In this document: positions 10,730 to 19,296 of the stretch, piece by piece | Layout of the letters: every line of letters starts with the position of its first letter | Position numbering within the stretch: the first letter of the stretch is position 1 | From: an uncultured delta proteobacterium | GTDB taxonomy: Bacteria > Desulfobacterota > Binatia > UBA9968 | Reading direction: 5' to 3' | DNA: 64,000 bases | NCBI GenBank assembly: GCA_963760795.1 | Contig: CAVXEP010000029.1 | Coordinates: forward strand, 448,001-512,000 | Translations under genes and position numbers: made by a program | The notes under the pieces: model-generated | What the model was told of the DNA's origin: nothing | Databases searched by the model: none | The model's input: only the letters and a program-made list of their open reading frames with translations

Positions 10730-11105
10730 GCGCAGGCCGCGGTAAAGGAAAGCGGGCGGAAATCGTTCTGGACCAATTGCCAGGAAATCGACGCCAATGG
10801 TCCAGCGAAAAGAATGGATCTGGGGCAGCGAGTTTACGCTCGTCGAACCTTCCGCTCTGGTTTTTTATAGCAGGGCCGTGCGCGGCGGATTTCCCATGAA
10901 TGAGCTCATCGCCACCTGCCATGACTTGATGAAGCGGCCAACGACTCGGAATAATGTCGACGCCGAGCAGAACGTTTCGCGATCAAATCTTCACTCAGTT
11001 GAGACTCTTGAATCGTGGACGTTGAAGCCAAGCACACCGATGATCAACTGGATTCACCTGGTGCAGGTGTGAGCGAGACAACAAAATAACTCAATACTCA
11101 GGCCT
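10730..11105 (+). pseudogene. GST C-terminal-half remnant (family 2) plus downstream flank
   Basis: AQAAVKESGRKSFWTNCQEIDA /frameshift/ MVQRKEWIWGSEFTLVEPSALVFY..FPMNELIA..LMKRPT resembles GST_C (W..G..FT..D/E N-cap region, late RP); last ~200 nt match 2757-2966. Confidence 0.6.
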
Positions 11106-11397
11106 AACCCTCATGCTTGTGCATAAATTAGAAGAGATTGGTCTTGTGGTCTTCGATACATGTTTTAGCGAATTCGATCGCTTCTCGTTCAGCGGGCAGG
11201 AAGGATGACTCAGGGCAAAACGTTCAGTCTCGTCCTAGGAATTGCGCGCCCTGTTTCTCATAAACGCGATGCAACCCACGCCGCGTGCCTGGAAATGTCA
11301 GCGGTCCGCGAGGGCTTTGTTTCGTTTCATCCCTGGGACATTTAATCGGCTTTTGGGTCATATCCAAAACACTTGGTCATCTTACGGGGACATAAGG

Positions 11398-11414
11398 TTG
11401 GTACGTTCGTTGCT
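11398..11414 (+). promoter_or_regulatory. Putative sigma-54 promoter
   Basis: TTGGTACGttcgTTGCT, close match to TGGCACG-N4-TTGCW, ~70 nt upstream of 11483. Confidence 0.65.
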
Positions 11415-11482
11415 TTATATAGCGCACAGCGACTGCTGCAGGGTGCAAGTAACTATACGTGAATTAATTTGCAAGGGGAGTC

Positions 11483-11866
11483 ATGCAACTAAAAGAATTT
11501 ATCAATTTCCCGAAAACAGATGATCCGGAGAAAAAAACGAGCATGGGTGGCGCGTTGGCGGCCGAAACCCGCATCACAGGTTTATTCGGAGACCCGGAGC
11601 AAGCCGCAGAAGCGGTCGTACAGTTGAAAGGTGCGGGCTTTGCCGACGATAGGATTGCCGTCGCCATGCAAGACAGCGCGGCTCAGAAGAACTTTATCGC
11701 CGAAACCAAAGTGCACACGGCAGCTTCGGATGAGATTCCCAGCATTCCGGAACTCGAGGCCGGGCAGGTGCTGCTTTTGGTCGAGGCCGCCGATCAGGCT
11801 GCGCTGGCATTGGAAATCATCAATCGCAATCGAGGTGTCACCGGCGGCGTGCGCATGTCTACTTAA
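11483..11866 (+). CDS. Hypothetical protein (general stress protein-like)
   Basis: RBS aaggggag; ITGLF...AAEAVVQLKGAGFADDRIAVA..GQVLLLVEA pattern. Confidence 0.65.
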   Translation: MQLKEFINFPKTDDPEKKTSMGGALAAETRITGLFGDPEQAAEAVVQLKGAGFADDRIAVAMQDSAAQKNFIAETKVHTAASDEIPSIPELEAGQVLLLVEAADQAALALEIINRNRGVTGGVRMST

Positions 11867-12001
11867 CCGTCGCGAGTTTGGGTTGGCCTCGCCCAAACTG
11901 GTAGCCAACATTTGCTTACGGCGCCATTTGGGTTTTAATTAATGGACCGTATACATAACAGCTGTAAGTATGAATTTGAATTCGATGGGAGAAAGTGGCG
12001 C

Positions 12002-12355
12002 ATGCAACAACGAATTCTCTTCGCAGAGGATGAGCCAATCAGCCGCAAACTTATCAGCATGTTTTTGCGTCGAGAGGGATATGAGGTCGATGAGGCGAAA
12101 GATGGCGCTGAGGCTCTCGATCTTCTGAATAACTTTCGATTTGATCTGTTGATTTCAGATATTCGTCTGCCCCGCGTTGATGGTATTGCGCTCATTCTGC
12201 GCCTACGTTTCATCTCCCCAGACACCCCCTTTATTGTTCTAACCTCTTACCCTAACGACGCTCTTGACGTTTCCAAAATGCCGAAATCTTTAATCATCGG
12301 CAAGCCGGTCATATTCGAGAATTTAAAATCAAATATTCAGCGGCTGCTTAACTGA
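12002..12355 (+). CDS. Single-domain response regulator
   Basis: ILFAEDE, FDLLISDIRLPRVDG, VLTS, KP. Confidence 0.88.
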   Translation: MQQRILFAEDEPISRKLISMFLRREGYEVDEAKDGAEALDLLNNFRFDLLISDIRLPRVDGIALILRLRFISPDTPFIVLTSYPNDALDVSKMPKSLIIGKPVIFENLKSNIQRLLN

Positions 12356-12425
12356 ACGGCACGATAGCACCGGCGCGCCCTAAGTTTTCTATAAGATTCC
12401 ATTCATCACCTCTGTTACAAAAGAT

Positions 12426-13556
12426 ATGCGTTTGTCAGAATTCATTCTCCTAAACCTCGAGCAGATTCTCACGGAATGGGAATCCTTTGCCGCCACCGTC
12501 TTACCAAACTCAAAATTCACCAAAATCGTACTACGAAATGCAGCGGAAAAAATCCTGACGGCGATTGCGAAGGATATGGAAACTGCGCAATCTGCATCGG
12601 AGCAGGCAGAAAAATCCACAGGTCGCGGCCGACGTCCACAGGAGGACAGCGCTGCGGAATACCATGCTGCTGAGCGGCTCGACTTGGGCTTCAACCACGC
12701 CCAACTATTGTCGGAATTTCGGGCTCTTCGGGCGACTGTGATTCGGCTATGGATAGAAAGTTCACCTGACTTGGGGGACACTTCTAACGTTGACCAATTA
12801 ATCAGGTTCAATGAAGGGATTGATCAGGCGCTTAGCGAATCGACTGTTCGATTCATGCAAGAAATAGACGCGTCCCGGGATTTAGCCCTTGCTGTCATGG
12901 CGCACGATCTGCGAAATCCACTCAACGCGATCGTGTCGTCGGCGCAGATACTTCAAAGAGCTGGTTTCGATAAGGGTGCTGTCGAGGAGCTTGCCGCTAA
13001 TATGGTTCATAGTGGCATGCGTATGAGCAAGTTGATTGATAACTTGCTCGACTTTACGCGGGCCCGTTTTGGACTGCCTTTGATTGTCAAACGGGAGTTA
13101 ATAGACTTTACCCCAGTTTGTCAGCACACAGTCGCGGAATTTGTAGCGGCCTATCCAGAGCGTACCATCCGTTCAGATTGCGGCGCGGGTCTTCACGGCG
13201 CTATGGATTACATACGCATAAGCCAGATGCTTGCAAATCTTGTTTCCAACGCAATACAGCATGGTGACCCGACATCCCCCGTGAGCATTGATGCATACGG
13301 GGAATCGAAGGAAATTGTCATAACAGTACACAATAATGGCGTCCCGATCCCTCAATCCGACCTTCAGACAATTTTCGATCCTTTCTCTAGTGCCGCCAAG
13401 CAAGAAAAATACACTAGGCATTTCGGTCTTGGGCTGTTCGTTGCTCGTGAGATTGTCGAAGCGCATGCGGGAAAAATCAGCGTAACCTCCACAGCGGAAG
13501 ACGGAACGAAATTCGTGGTACGTCTGCCTCGGGACACAACCCCCGAGCAAGCTTAA
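12426..13556 (+). CDS. Soluble sensor histidine kinase (RsbRD_N-like N-terminus, HisKA, HATPase)
   Basis: MRLSEFILLNLEQILTEWE; H-box AHDLRNPL; N-box NLVSNAIQH; GLGLF. Confidence 0.9.
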   Translation: MRLSEFILLNLEQILTEWESFAATVLPNSKFTKIVLRNAAEKILTAIAKDMETAQSASEQAEKSTGRGRRPQEDSAAEYHAAERLDLGFNHAQLLSEFRALRATVIRLWIESSPDLGDTSNVDQLIRFNEGIDQALSESTVRFMQEIDASRDLALAVMAHDLRNPLNAIVSSAQILQRAGFDKGAVEELAANMVHSGMRMSKLIDNLLDFTRARFGLPLIVKRELIDFTPVCQHTVAEFVAAYPERTIRSDCGAGLHGAMDYIRISQMLANLVSNAIQHGDPTSPVSIDAYGESKEIVITVHNNGVPIPQSDLQTIFDPFSSAAKQEKYTRHFGLGLFVAREIVEAHAGKISVTSTAEDGTKFVVRLPRDTTPEQA

Positions 13557-13690
13557 ACTTCAGCTCGAGGTATGCGGACTCCTCGTTGGAAGGACCCAGA
13601 AATTCTTTTACGCTGCCAACTTTCCAACCCTTCTCCTCCAAACGTGTTTTCTTTTGCTTACGCATGGTCATAATCCTTCAATCGCTTTTC
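13550..13690 (-). pseudogene. Toxin-antitoxin remnant: last codons of a RelE-like toxin overlapping a truncated XRE/HigA-like antitoxin
   Basis: ...KRLKDYDHA* overlapping MRKQKKTRLEEKGWKVGSVKEFLGPSNEESAYLELK; cut off where it meets the kinase stop, HTH missing. Confidence 0.65.
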
Positions 13691-13813
13691 TCACCACAAT
13701 AGCCTTCCCATTGCGGCGAAATGTTACATTCCGGTGACAATTTGTTTTTTGAAGCATGCGCGCCTTGATACCGCGCCTATCAATGTTAGTTTGAAGTATA
13801 CGGTTATGCTTTT

Positions 13814-14173
13814 ATGTCACGCGTGAAGACAATATTATTGGCGGCGTTGGTTTTGTTGAGCCTCGAATTCCTCGCGCCGAGCTTTTTCACCAATAGGGTT
13901 TTCTACCGGAGCGCGCAGCCTATTCCGGCTCAGCGACAGGCAGCCTCGCGCGACGATGCCGGAGCCGCTAGAATAGACATCCCGGCAACAACGGCCGCTC
14001 AATTCGCCTTTGAAATGTATGGCGAACTAACGCCGCGCTCGGCAGGTTTTTTTACCGCGAAAGAAAATCCCGGCGTTCCGCCGCGACGCGTCATCGTCGT
14101 CCGACAATTGTTCACAATGATTTTTGCCCCTAAAGTTTCTCGCCACATTTCGAAATCCGTTCTCAATATCTAA
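13814..14173 (+). CDS. Hypothetical protein with N-terminal membrane anchor
   Basis: 119 aa ORF, hydrophobic N-terminus, fills gap upstream of USP. Confidence 0.55.
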   Translation: MSRVKTILLAALVLLSLEFLAPSFFTNRVFYRSAQPIPAQRQAASRDDAGAARIDIPATTAAQFAFEMYGELTPRSAGFFTAKENPGVPPRRVIVVRQLFTMIFAPKVSRHISKSVLNI

Positions 14174-14262
14174 TTTCACCGGTTCCATCCAGACCGTCTG
14201 GTTCCTCAAATCATCGGCTGTAATCGAATTGGATAGTTGTTTCTTAAGTCAATTAGGAGGTT

Positions 14263-14797
14263 ATGTTTATGCATGAAGTTCAAAAAATTCTTATTCCAGT
14301 CAACTTTTCAGAAGATTTGCGCTAACGGACTCAAATACGCGGTCTCCTTGGCCAAGGAAACGCAAGCTGAACTCGTAGTGTTGCACGTCGCGCAAAAGAA
14401 GGAGGCGGAATCCTTCTTGGACTTACTGGCCGTCTTGGAAGGATCGCCCGCGTTGAATCGTCCGGCCGGGATTCCCGTCGATCGCTTGTTGCGCGAGAAA
14501 GCATTGGATCTTTATCGTTTTATCGAGGACGTTGTTAGAACCCCCGGCCGGCTGAAAATCGCTAGAAAAGTAGTCCTCGGCGACAAAGAGGAAAAGATTC
14601 TGGAAATCGTCAATGCCGAGAGTATCGATCTGGTAGTGCTTCCGGTTCAAAAGAAACTCTTCTTTGCTCAAATGTTGGCACAAGGAAAGCTGCTGAAAAT
14701 GATCGCGAGATTACCCTGCCCCGTGCTCCTTAAGCTGCCGATTTTCGAACCCTGGCCGCACTATGGAATATTCCGGCGCTCGGCTTTCGCTCGGTAG
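14263..14797 (+). CDS. Universal stress protein, frameshift near 14320
   Basis: RBS aggagg; MFMHEVQKILIPVNFSED continues in another frame as ANGLKYAVSLAKETQAELVVLHV..IDLVVL..PCPVL. Confidence 0.8.
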
Positions 14798-14956
14798 TGA
14801 GCGCCGTCGACGGACAGGCAGAGATGCAAGCGCGATCGCCAGACTGCTCAAGGAATTCATAAAGCACTGTATGACGCGCGCCTCTGGGAAAGGGTATTGG
14901 GGTCGAGCCAGTGTATTGACTTATTTCACGTTGGCATCGTTGGACAAGTGTTCTCC

Positions 14957-15038
14957 ACCTCACGACCCAGCATCCAACTCAGGGTAGTGGCGAAAGATCC
15001 CTTGCTGATTGAAAGGGAAGCGCCGGTCGGACGCGAGA
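14957..15038 (-). pseudogene. Second degenerate copy of the GST (15707-16423) 3' end, ~80 nt
   Basis: acctcacgacccagcatccaactcagggtagtggcgaaagatccc..ctgattgaa..cgcc.gtcgga.gcgaga matches 15704-15785. Confidence 0.85.
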
Positions 15039-15102
15039 GGCGCACCAGCAAACGTCTGGATTGCCGCCAGTTAGTGTTCCTAACTATCGGTCCACCGGCT
15101 TT

Positions 15103-15531
15103 TTACTTGAGCGCTTTCCTCAAGAGGCTGACCGCGCTATCCGCGTCCGCCGCGCTGTCGAAAGCCAAGTAACTTACGGAGCGCCGCCCCAGCGCCGCCG
15201 CCGAAAGACCACGCAAGTTGATCCCAGCGTCGGCGATGGCTTTGGTCATTTTTGCGCCGAGTCCCGCTTTGTCGGGGCCGTCAACCCGCACCGAATGGAG
15301 GCTATCGGTGGTGGCGAAGCCTGTCCCTTGGGCCGCGCTTTTCTGTTTTGCTCCTTTGATTGGAGTGACGAAAACAACCCCTGAGCCAGGTTTGTCGGCG
15401 GCGCGGCGCGCGATTAGAAACTCAAGACTTGCGCCGGCATTACTTAAGGATTGTATCTTCTCGGCCAGCCCTCCCGGACGATCGGCGATTTCGCCTGCCC
15501 AAACGTCGACTTTCTTTACGCTATACGCCAT
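15103..15531 (-). CDS. ACT-domain protein (tandem ACT)
   Basis: EIADRPGGLAE, DGPDKAGLGA..AGINL; RBS aaggagga. Confidence 0.85.
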   Translation of the reverse strand: MAYSVKKVDVWAGEIADRPGGLAEKIQSLSNAGASLEFLIARRAADKPGSGVVFVTPIKGAKQKSAAQGTGFATTDSLHSVRVDGPDKAGLGAKMTKAIADAGINLRGLSAAALGRRSVSYLAFDSAADADSAVSLLRKALK

Positions 15532-15706
15532 GGTCATTCCTCCTTACTGTTTGGAATTAAGACGTAAAGCCGGTCGTAATACATTCGCGCGCCGGTCGTC
15601 AAGCCCAATTTGTCGCCCTGTTGGTCCTTAACTCTGTTGGCTAGCGACTCGGGGTACGAAGGCGGGTATTTTTCTTAAATCCACCTGTTGCCTTTCGCCT
15701 CTTACC

Positions 15707-16423
15707 TCACGACCGATCATCCAGCTCAGGATAGTGGCGAAAGATCCCTTCCTGATTGAAGGGCAAGCGCCGCTCGGAGGCGAGATACGCGGCGAGCCGG
15801 GGGCGCGCCGCGACTCGGTCGTGCAGCGCGATCACTCGGCGCTGTTTGCGTTCCTGCTTGGTCATCGCGCGGGGAAAGGCGTAGCGCAGCCCTTCGATCA
15901 TCTGGAACAGCGACAGATCGACGTAGGAAACCTTATTGCCGATAAGGACGCGGCCACCGTTGCGCGCCAAGACCTGCTCGAAGTAATTCAAAAACTTCGG
16001 CAGACGCTCGGCTGTGAAAATCACTGCGCGGCGCTTGGATTCACGCTTTTGATCTTCGTAATACAGACTACCTGCGATCGGATGATGGCTGTCATGAACC
16101 TCGCCGACCCAATCGGCGATGGTGAGTTGTAATTGATGGGCCCAAAGCCGGCCCGCGTCTGGTTTCGGCGCGAGGCCGAGGCGCGGGCCGAGGAAGAATA
16201 GAATGTTGGCGGTCTGGGCGATGACCACATTCCCGGCTTTTAAAAACGGCGGCGCGAACGGCGGCCGCTTGACCGACCGGCTGTCCATAAAGCGCGACAT
16301 CGCCGCCATCCCGCGCGGCCGGCGCGCGACTTCGAGGTAATCCGCGCCGGCGTCTTCCAAGGCGAGCCGGACGAATTCTCCGCGGCCCTGTATGCCGGGC
16401 CAATAATACAATTCGTAGCGCAT
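15707..16423 (-). CDS. Glutathione S-transferase
   Basis: YELYYWPGIQGRGEFVRLALE, FAPPFL, IAQTANIL, SYVDLSLFQ. Confidence 0.92.
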   Translation of the reverse strand: MRYELYYWPGIQGRGEFVRLALEDAGADYLEVARRPRGMAAMSRFMDSRSVKRPPFAPPFLKAGNVVIAQTANILFFLGPRLGLAPKPDAGRLWAHQLQLTIADWVGEVHDSHHPIAGSLYYEDQKRESKRRAVIFTAERLPKFLNYFEQVLARNGGRVLIGNKVSYVDLSLFQMIEGLRYAFPRAMTKQERKQRRVIALHDRVAARPRLAAYLASERRLPFNQEGIFRHYPELDDRS

Positions 16424-16447
16424 GATTTATCTCCGGGGCAATCTCGT

Positions 16448-16604
16448 CTAGCGACTGCTGAAAAAATCTGTCGGAGTCCTTTGACGTTGCTCAAAACCGG
16501 CCCTGAGTTATCGAAGGGACGAACGGAGGGGTTTTGATATCATCGAGGATTTTCCGTTCTGCTGAGCCCCGCGAAGCGTTCCGCACCATTGCAGCAGCCG
16601 GCTA
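16448..16604. repeat. Degenerate palindromic intergenic repeat (MITE/REP-like)
   Basis: Imperfect inverted ends gactgctgaaaa / tgcagcagcc; internal gaacgga..tccgttc and cctgag..tcgaaggg. Confidence 0.5.
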
Positions 16605-16716
16605 TTCCCGACCGGAAAGACACTCAAGAAGCGGACGCTCCGCAAGATCGTCTATAGCCCGGAGAACCTGCGCGGACTATCGTCGAAACTCCGGTTTTAC
16701 TTCTCCTCAATGCAAG

Positions 16717-18036
16717 CTACTGATGCAAAGTGTATGATTTTACCAATGCTTCTGAGAAATCGGCTACCCAAAAGGCAAATTGATTTGAATTCAGCCTATA
16801 GCTAGTTGTACTCCACACTTCTTTGCCATTGATCGCAAAGACCAGGGCACTTCCGTTCAGTTTCATTTGGAGCGTGTCGAAGTTATTTTCGCCATTGATG
16901 CTGATAATTCCTTCTGAAAACCGTGAAAACGGCGCGTACGTTCGGCTTCTTCCCGGGCCGATCGAATAATATCCTCCATTCGTAGAGTGGAGAGTAAACA
17001 GTAGAAAATCCTCGGGACGGTAATTCCAAGCGATGCCGTAGCGGGTAGAGCCGCCGTTTCTGGTCGATTTAATTTGAAAATTGATGAGAAAATCCTTGCT
17101 GAGTTCCAAATTGTCGACTCTAAACGGACTGCTAATGTAACTGCCCTCAGTACTGATCTTCAATTGAAAATCAGGTGAATTAAAAGTGTGGGTTTTCTCC
17201 TGGCCCCCGCGCTTATCAGAAACAGCCGAGTTCGCGGGTTTTCTTTCAATCTGCGACGAGTCAGATAGATTCTTCGCCATCGATGGCGAAGGAGCGTTCG
17301 CCTTCGGAGCCTCACCCAGAAGTTTACCTTTGCCCGCCGCGACGAGTGGTTTTGCACTTTCAGCGTCAGCAATAAGTTTGTTCGCTTCAGTATTTGCGCC
17401 TGCCGACGGAGCCTCTTTTTCGGCCTTCAACGTCTCTTGAGGAGTCTTTTGGTAATACAAAAAACCACCGACTGCGACGGCTATCACCGACGCTCCGGCA
17501 ATGGCGAACCAAGGCTTCTTCGCGGCTGGTCGCGGTGGCGCCGCTGCATCTGTCTTTGCGCCTGACGGCGTGTCATTTCGTGCGACCAGACCTAACCGCT
17601 TGACCAACTCCTGAACATCGGACTCCCAACGGTTGTGGCTAAGCTCGAATCCATTGCGGTACGCCAAGTCGCTGAGATCTTCCGGTAATTGTTCCGCAGT
17701 GGGCATTTGCGCGCCGTGGAGCAGCAGCGGTGTGACCGGAATATTGCGCTTGAGAGCCGCGGTAATTTCCATGCGCACGAAATCGCCGGGAATGTCGAGT
17801 CGGCGCCGACCTGACTTGTCCTTGCCATCAACCCAGTCCCGTCCAATCAGTGCCAACATCACATCGCAGGTCGCCAGCCGTTCCTGAAGGACCGCGCGGA
17901 AGTCCCGTCCTAAGCCAATGCTGTCCACGTCCATAAACACCGAGTCCCGGCCGAGCCTGGCCACGAGGTCCTGGAACAACGCTCGAGCTTGACCTTCGGA
18001 ATCTTCCCTTCGATAACTGATGAAAACCGAACCCAA
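16717..18036 (-). CDS. TIR-domain protein with single TM helix and C-terminal extracytoplasmic beta-rich domain
   Basis: VFISYRREDS, VFMDVDSI, DFVRMEITAAL, LPEDL; TM FAIAGASVIAVAVGGFLYY; RBS aggag before TTG. Confidence 0.88.
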   Translation of the reverse strand: MGSVFISYRREDSEGQARALFQDLVARLGRDSVFMDVDSIGLGRDFRAVLQERLATCDVMLALIGRDWVDGKDKSGRRRLDIPGDFVRMEITAALKRNIPVTPLLLHGAQMPTAEQLPEDLSDLAYRNGFELSHNRWESDVQELVKRLGLVARNDTPSGAKTDAAAPPRPAAKKPWFAIAGASVIAVAVGGFLYYQKTPQETLKAEKEAPSAGANTEANKLIADAESAKPLVAAGKGKLLGEAPKANAPSPSMAKNLSDSSQIERKPANSAVSDKRGGQEKTHTFNSPDFQLKISTEGSYISSPFRVDNLELSKDFLINFQIKSTRNGGSTRYGIAWNYRPEDFLLFTLHSTNGGYYSIGPGRSRTYAPFSRFSEGIISINGENNFDTLQMKLNGSALVFAINGKEVWSTTSYRLNSNQFAFWVADFSEALVKSYTLHQ

Positions 18037-18175
18037 AGAAATCTCCTAACTTGTCGCCTTATACCAAATGATTTGGCGTCCCCGTACGCGAATGGCTTGT
18101 TTATTGAGTAGAAGAAGCATCAAAGTCTGGGAACCAGGATGGGCACGAATCTCTCCGTACGGTCAAATGGATCGC

Positions 18176-19231
18176 CTATAGCCCGTAGAACCGGCGCGGA
18201 TTATCGTCGAGAATCTTGCGGGCAACGGACGCGGGTATCTCGCCTTTTTCGCCGCGTTGCTCGATGACGTCGAGGGCGTGGATCTCGGCGGATTGATCGG
18301 CGTGGCTATAGTCGGTGCCGATCATCAGGTTGTCTTCCATGCCGTACTTGAGGATGTAAGGAAGATCGTCGTTGGTTTGGCAGGCCACATAGAAGCGGTT
18401 GCGGCGGAACAGGTCTTCCTTGAAATTGATCGGCAGGAACGTGCGCCGAAGTTTTTTTGCCTCCAGATCGGCATAGAGATAAGGCACCCAGGAAGCGCCG
18501 GTTTCGATGAATCCGACTCTAAGCTTGGGAAACATGTCCGGGATGCCATGCTCGGCGAGCGCGCTGAAGGCGGCGATGGCGATCATGCCGCCGCCGAGGC
18601 CGGAGCCTTCGGTCGTGGCGGACTCGATGTGGCCGTTGGCATTGTGGATGCAGATGGGCAGGTCGAGACGGCTCGCCTCGTCGTAGATTGGAAAGAAATG
18701 TGGATCGCTGGCGGGGCGGCCGCCGGCTTCGATGCCCTTCTTGAACACGCCGCAGGCGCCGTGATCTTTGGCCCAACGCAGCTCTTCCACTGCCTTACCG
18801 ATATCGAGCATCGGCAGCACTGCGACCCAGCGCAGCCGGCCGCGGCTCTTATCCGTGGCGGTGGCGATCCAGCGATTGTAAGATTTGCAAAGTGCCACGT
18901 CGATCTCCGCGCGAGCGGTGAAAGCGTGCAGGAATAAAGTCGGGTAGAGCACCTGCACGTCGACGCGCAACTCGTCCATGTGGCGCAAGCGGGCTTCCAC
19001 GTCGAGAAGTTCCCGGGTCGCCTGAACCGTTCCGGTTCGCAGATCATCGCGCCAGCGCTTGAGCTGGATCGTGCCGTCAATCAGCCAGAGGCGGTGCGGC
19101 CGGGCATCGCCCGGCGCCGTCGCCGCTCCCGGATCGACCAATACCGGTTTGAAGCGGCGGGCGCCGTCGTCGAGGTATTCCCAGGTTGCTTCCGTTTCGT
19201 CTATATGGGCGTCGACGTCAACACGAAACAT
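18176..19231 (-). CDS. Amidohydrolase family protein (Amidohydro_2)
   Basis: DVDAHIDE, PICIH, GFIETGASWVP, GTDYSHAD, DNPRRFY. Confidence 0.9.
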   Translation of the reverse strand: MFRVDVDAHIDETEATWEYLDDGARRFKPVLVDPGAATAPGDARPHRLWLIDGTIQLKRWRDDLRTGTVQATRELLDVEARLRHMDELRVDVQVLYPTLFLHAFTARAEIDVALCKSYNRWIATATDKSRGRLRWVAVLPMLDIGKAVEELRWAKDHGACGVFKKGIEAGGRPASDPHFFPIYDEASRLDLPICIHNANGHIESATTEGSGLGGGMIAIAAFSALAEHGIPDMFPKLRVGFIETGASWVPYLYADLEAKKLRRTFLPINFKEDLFRRNRFYVACQTNDDLPYILKYGMEDNLMIGTDYSHADQSAEIHALDVIEQRGEKGEIPASVARKILDDNPRRFYGL

Positions 19232-19296
19232 GATTCCTCCTTGGCTGGTGGTTATTTTCTTGCTTACCTAGCATCACGCTTGAGCAGCGATTCCAG

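Noticed and set aside
16717-18036. Complete Thoeris/CBASS/Pycsar system
   Set aside because: No effector or cyclase partner is adjacent; the only cyclase is ~38 kb away in a two-component context.
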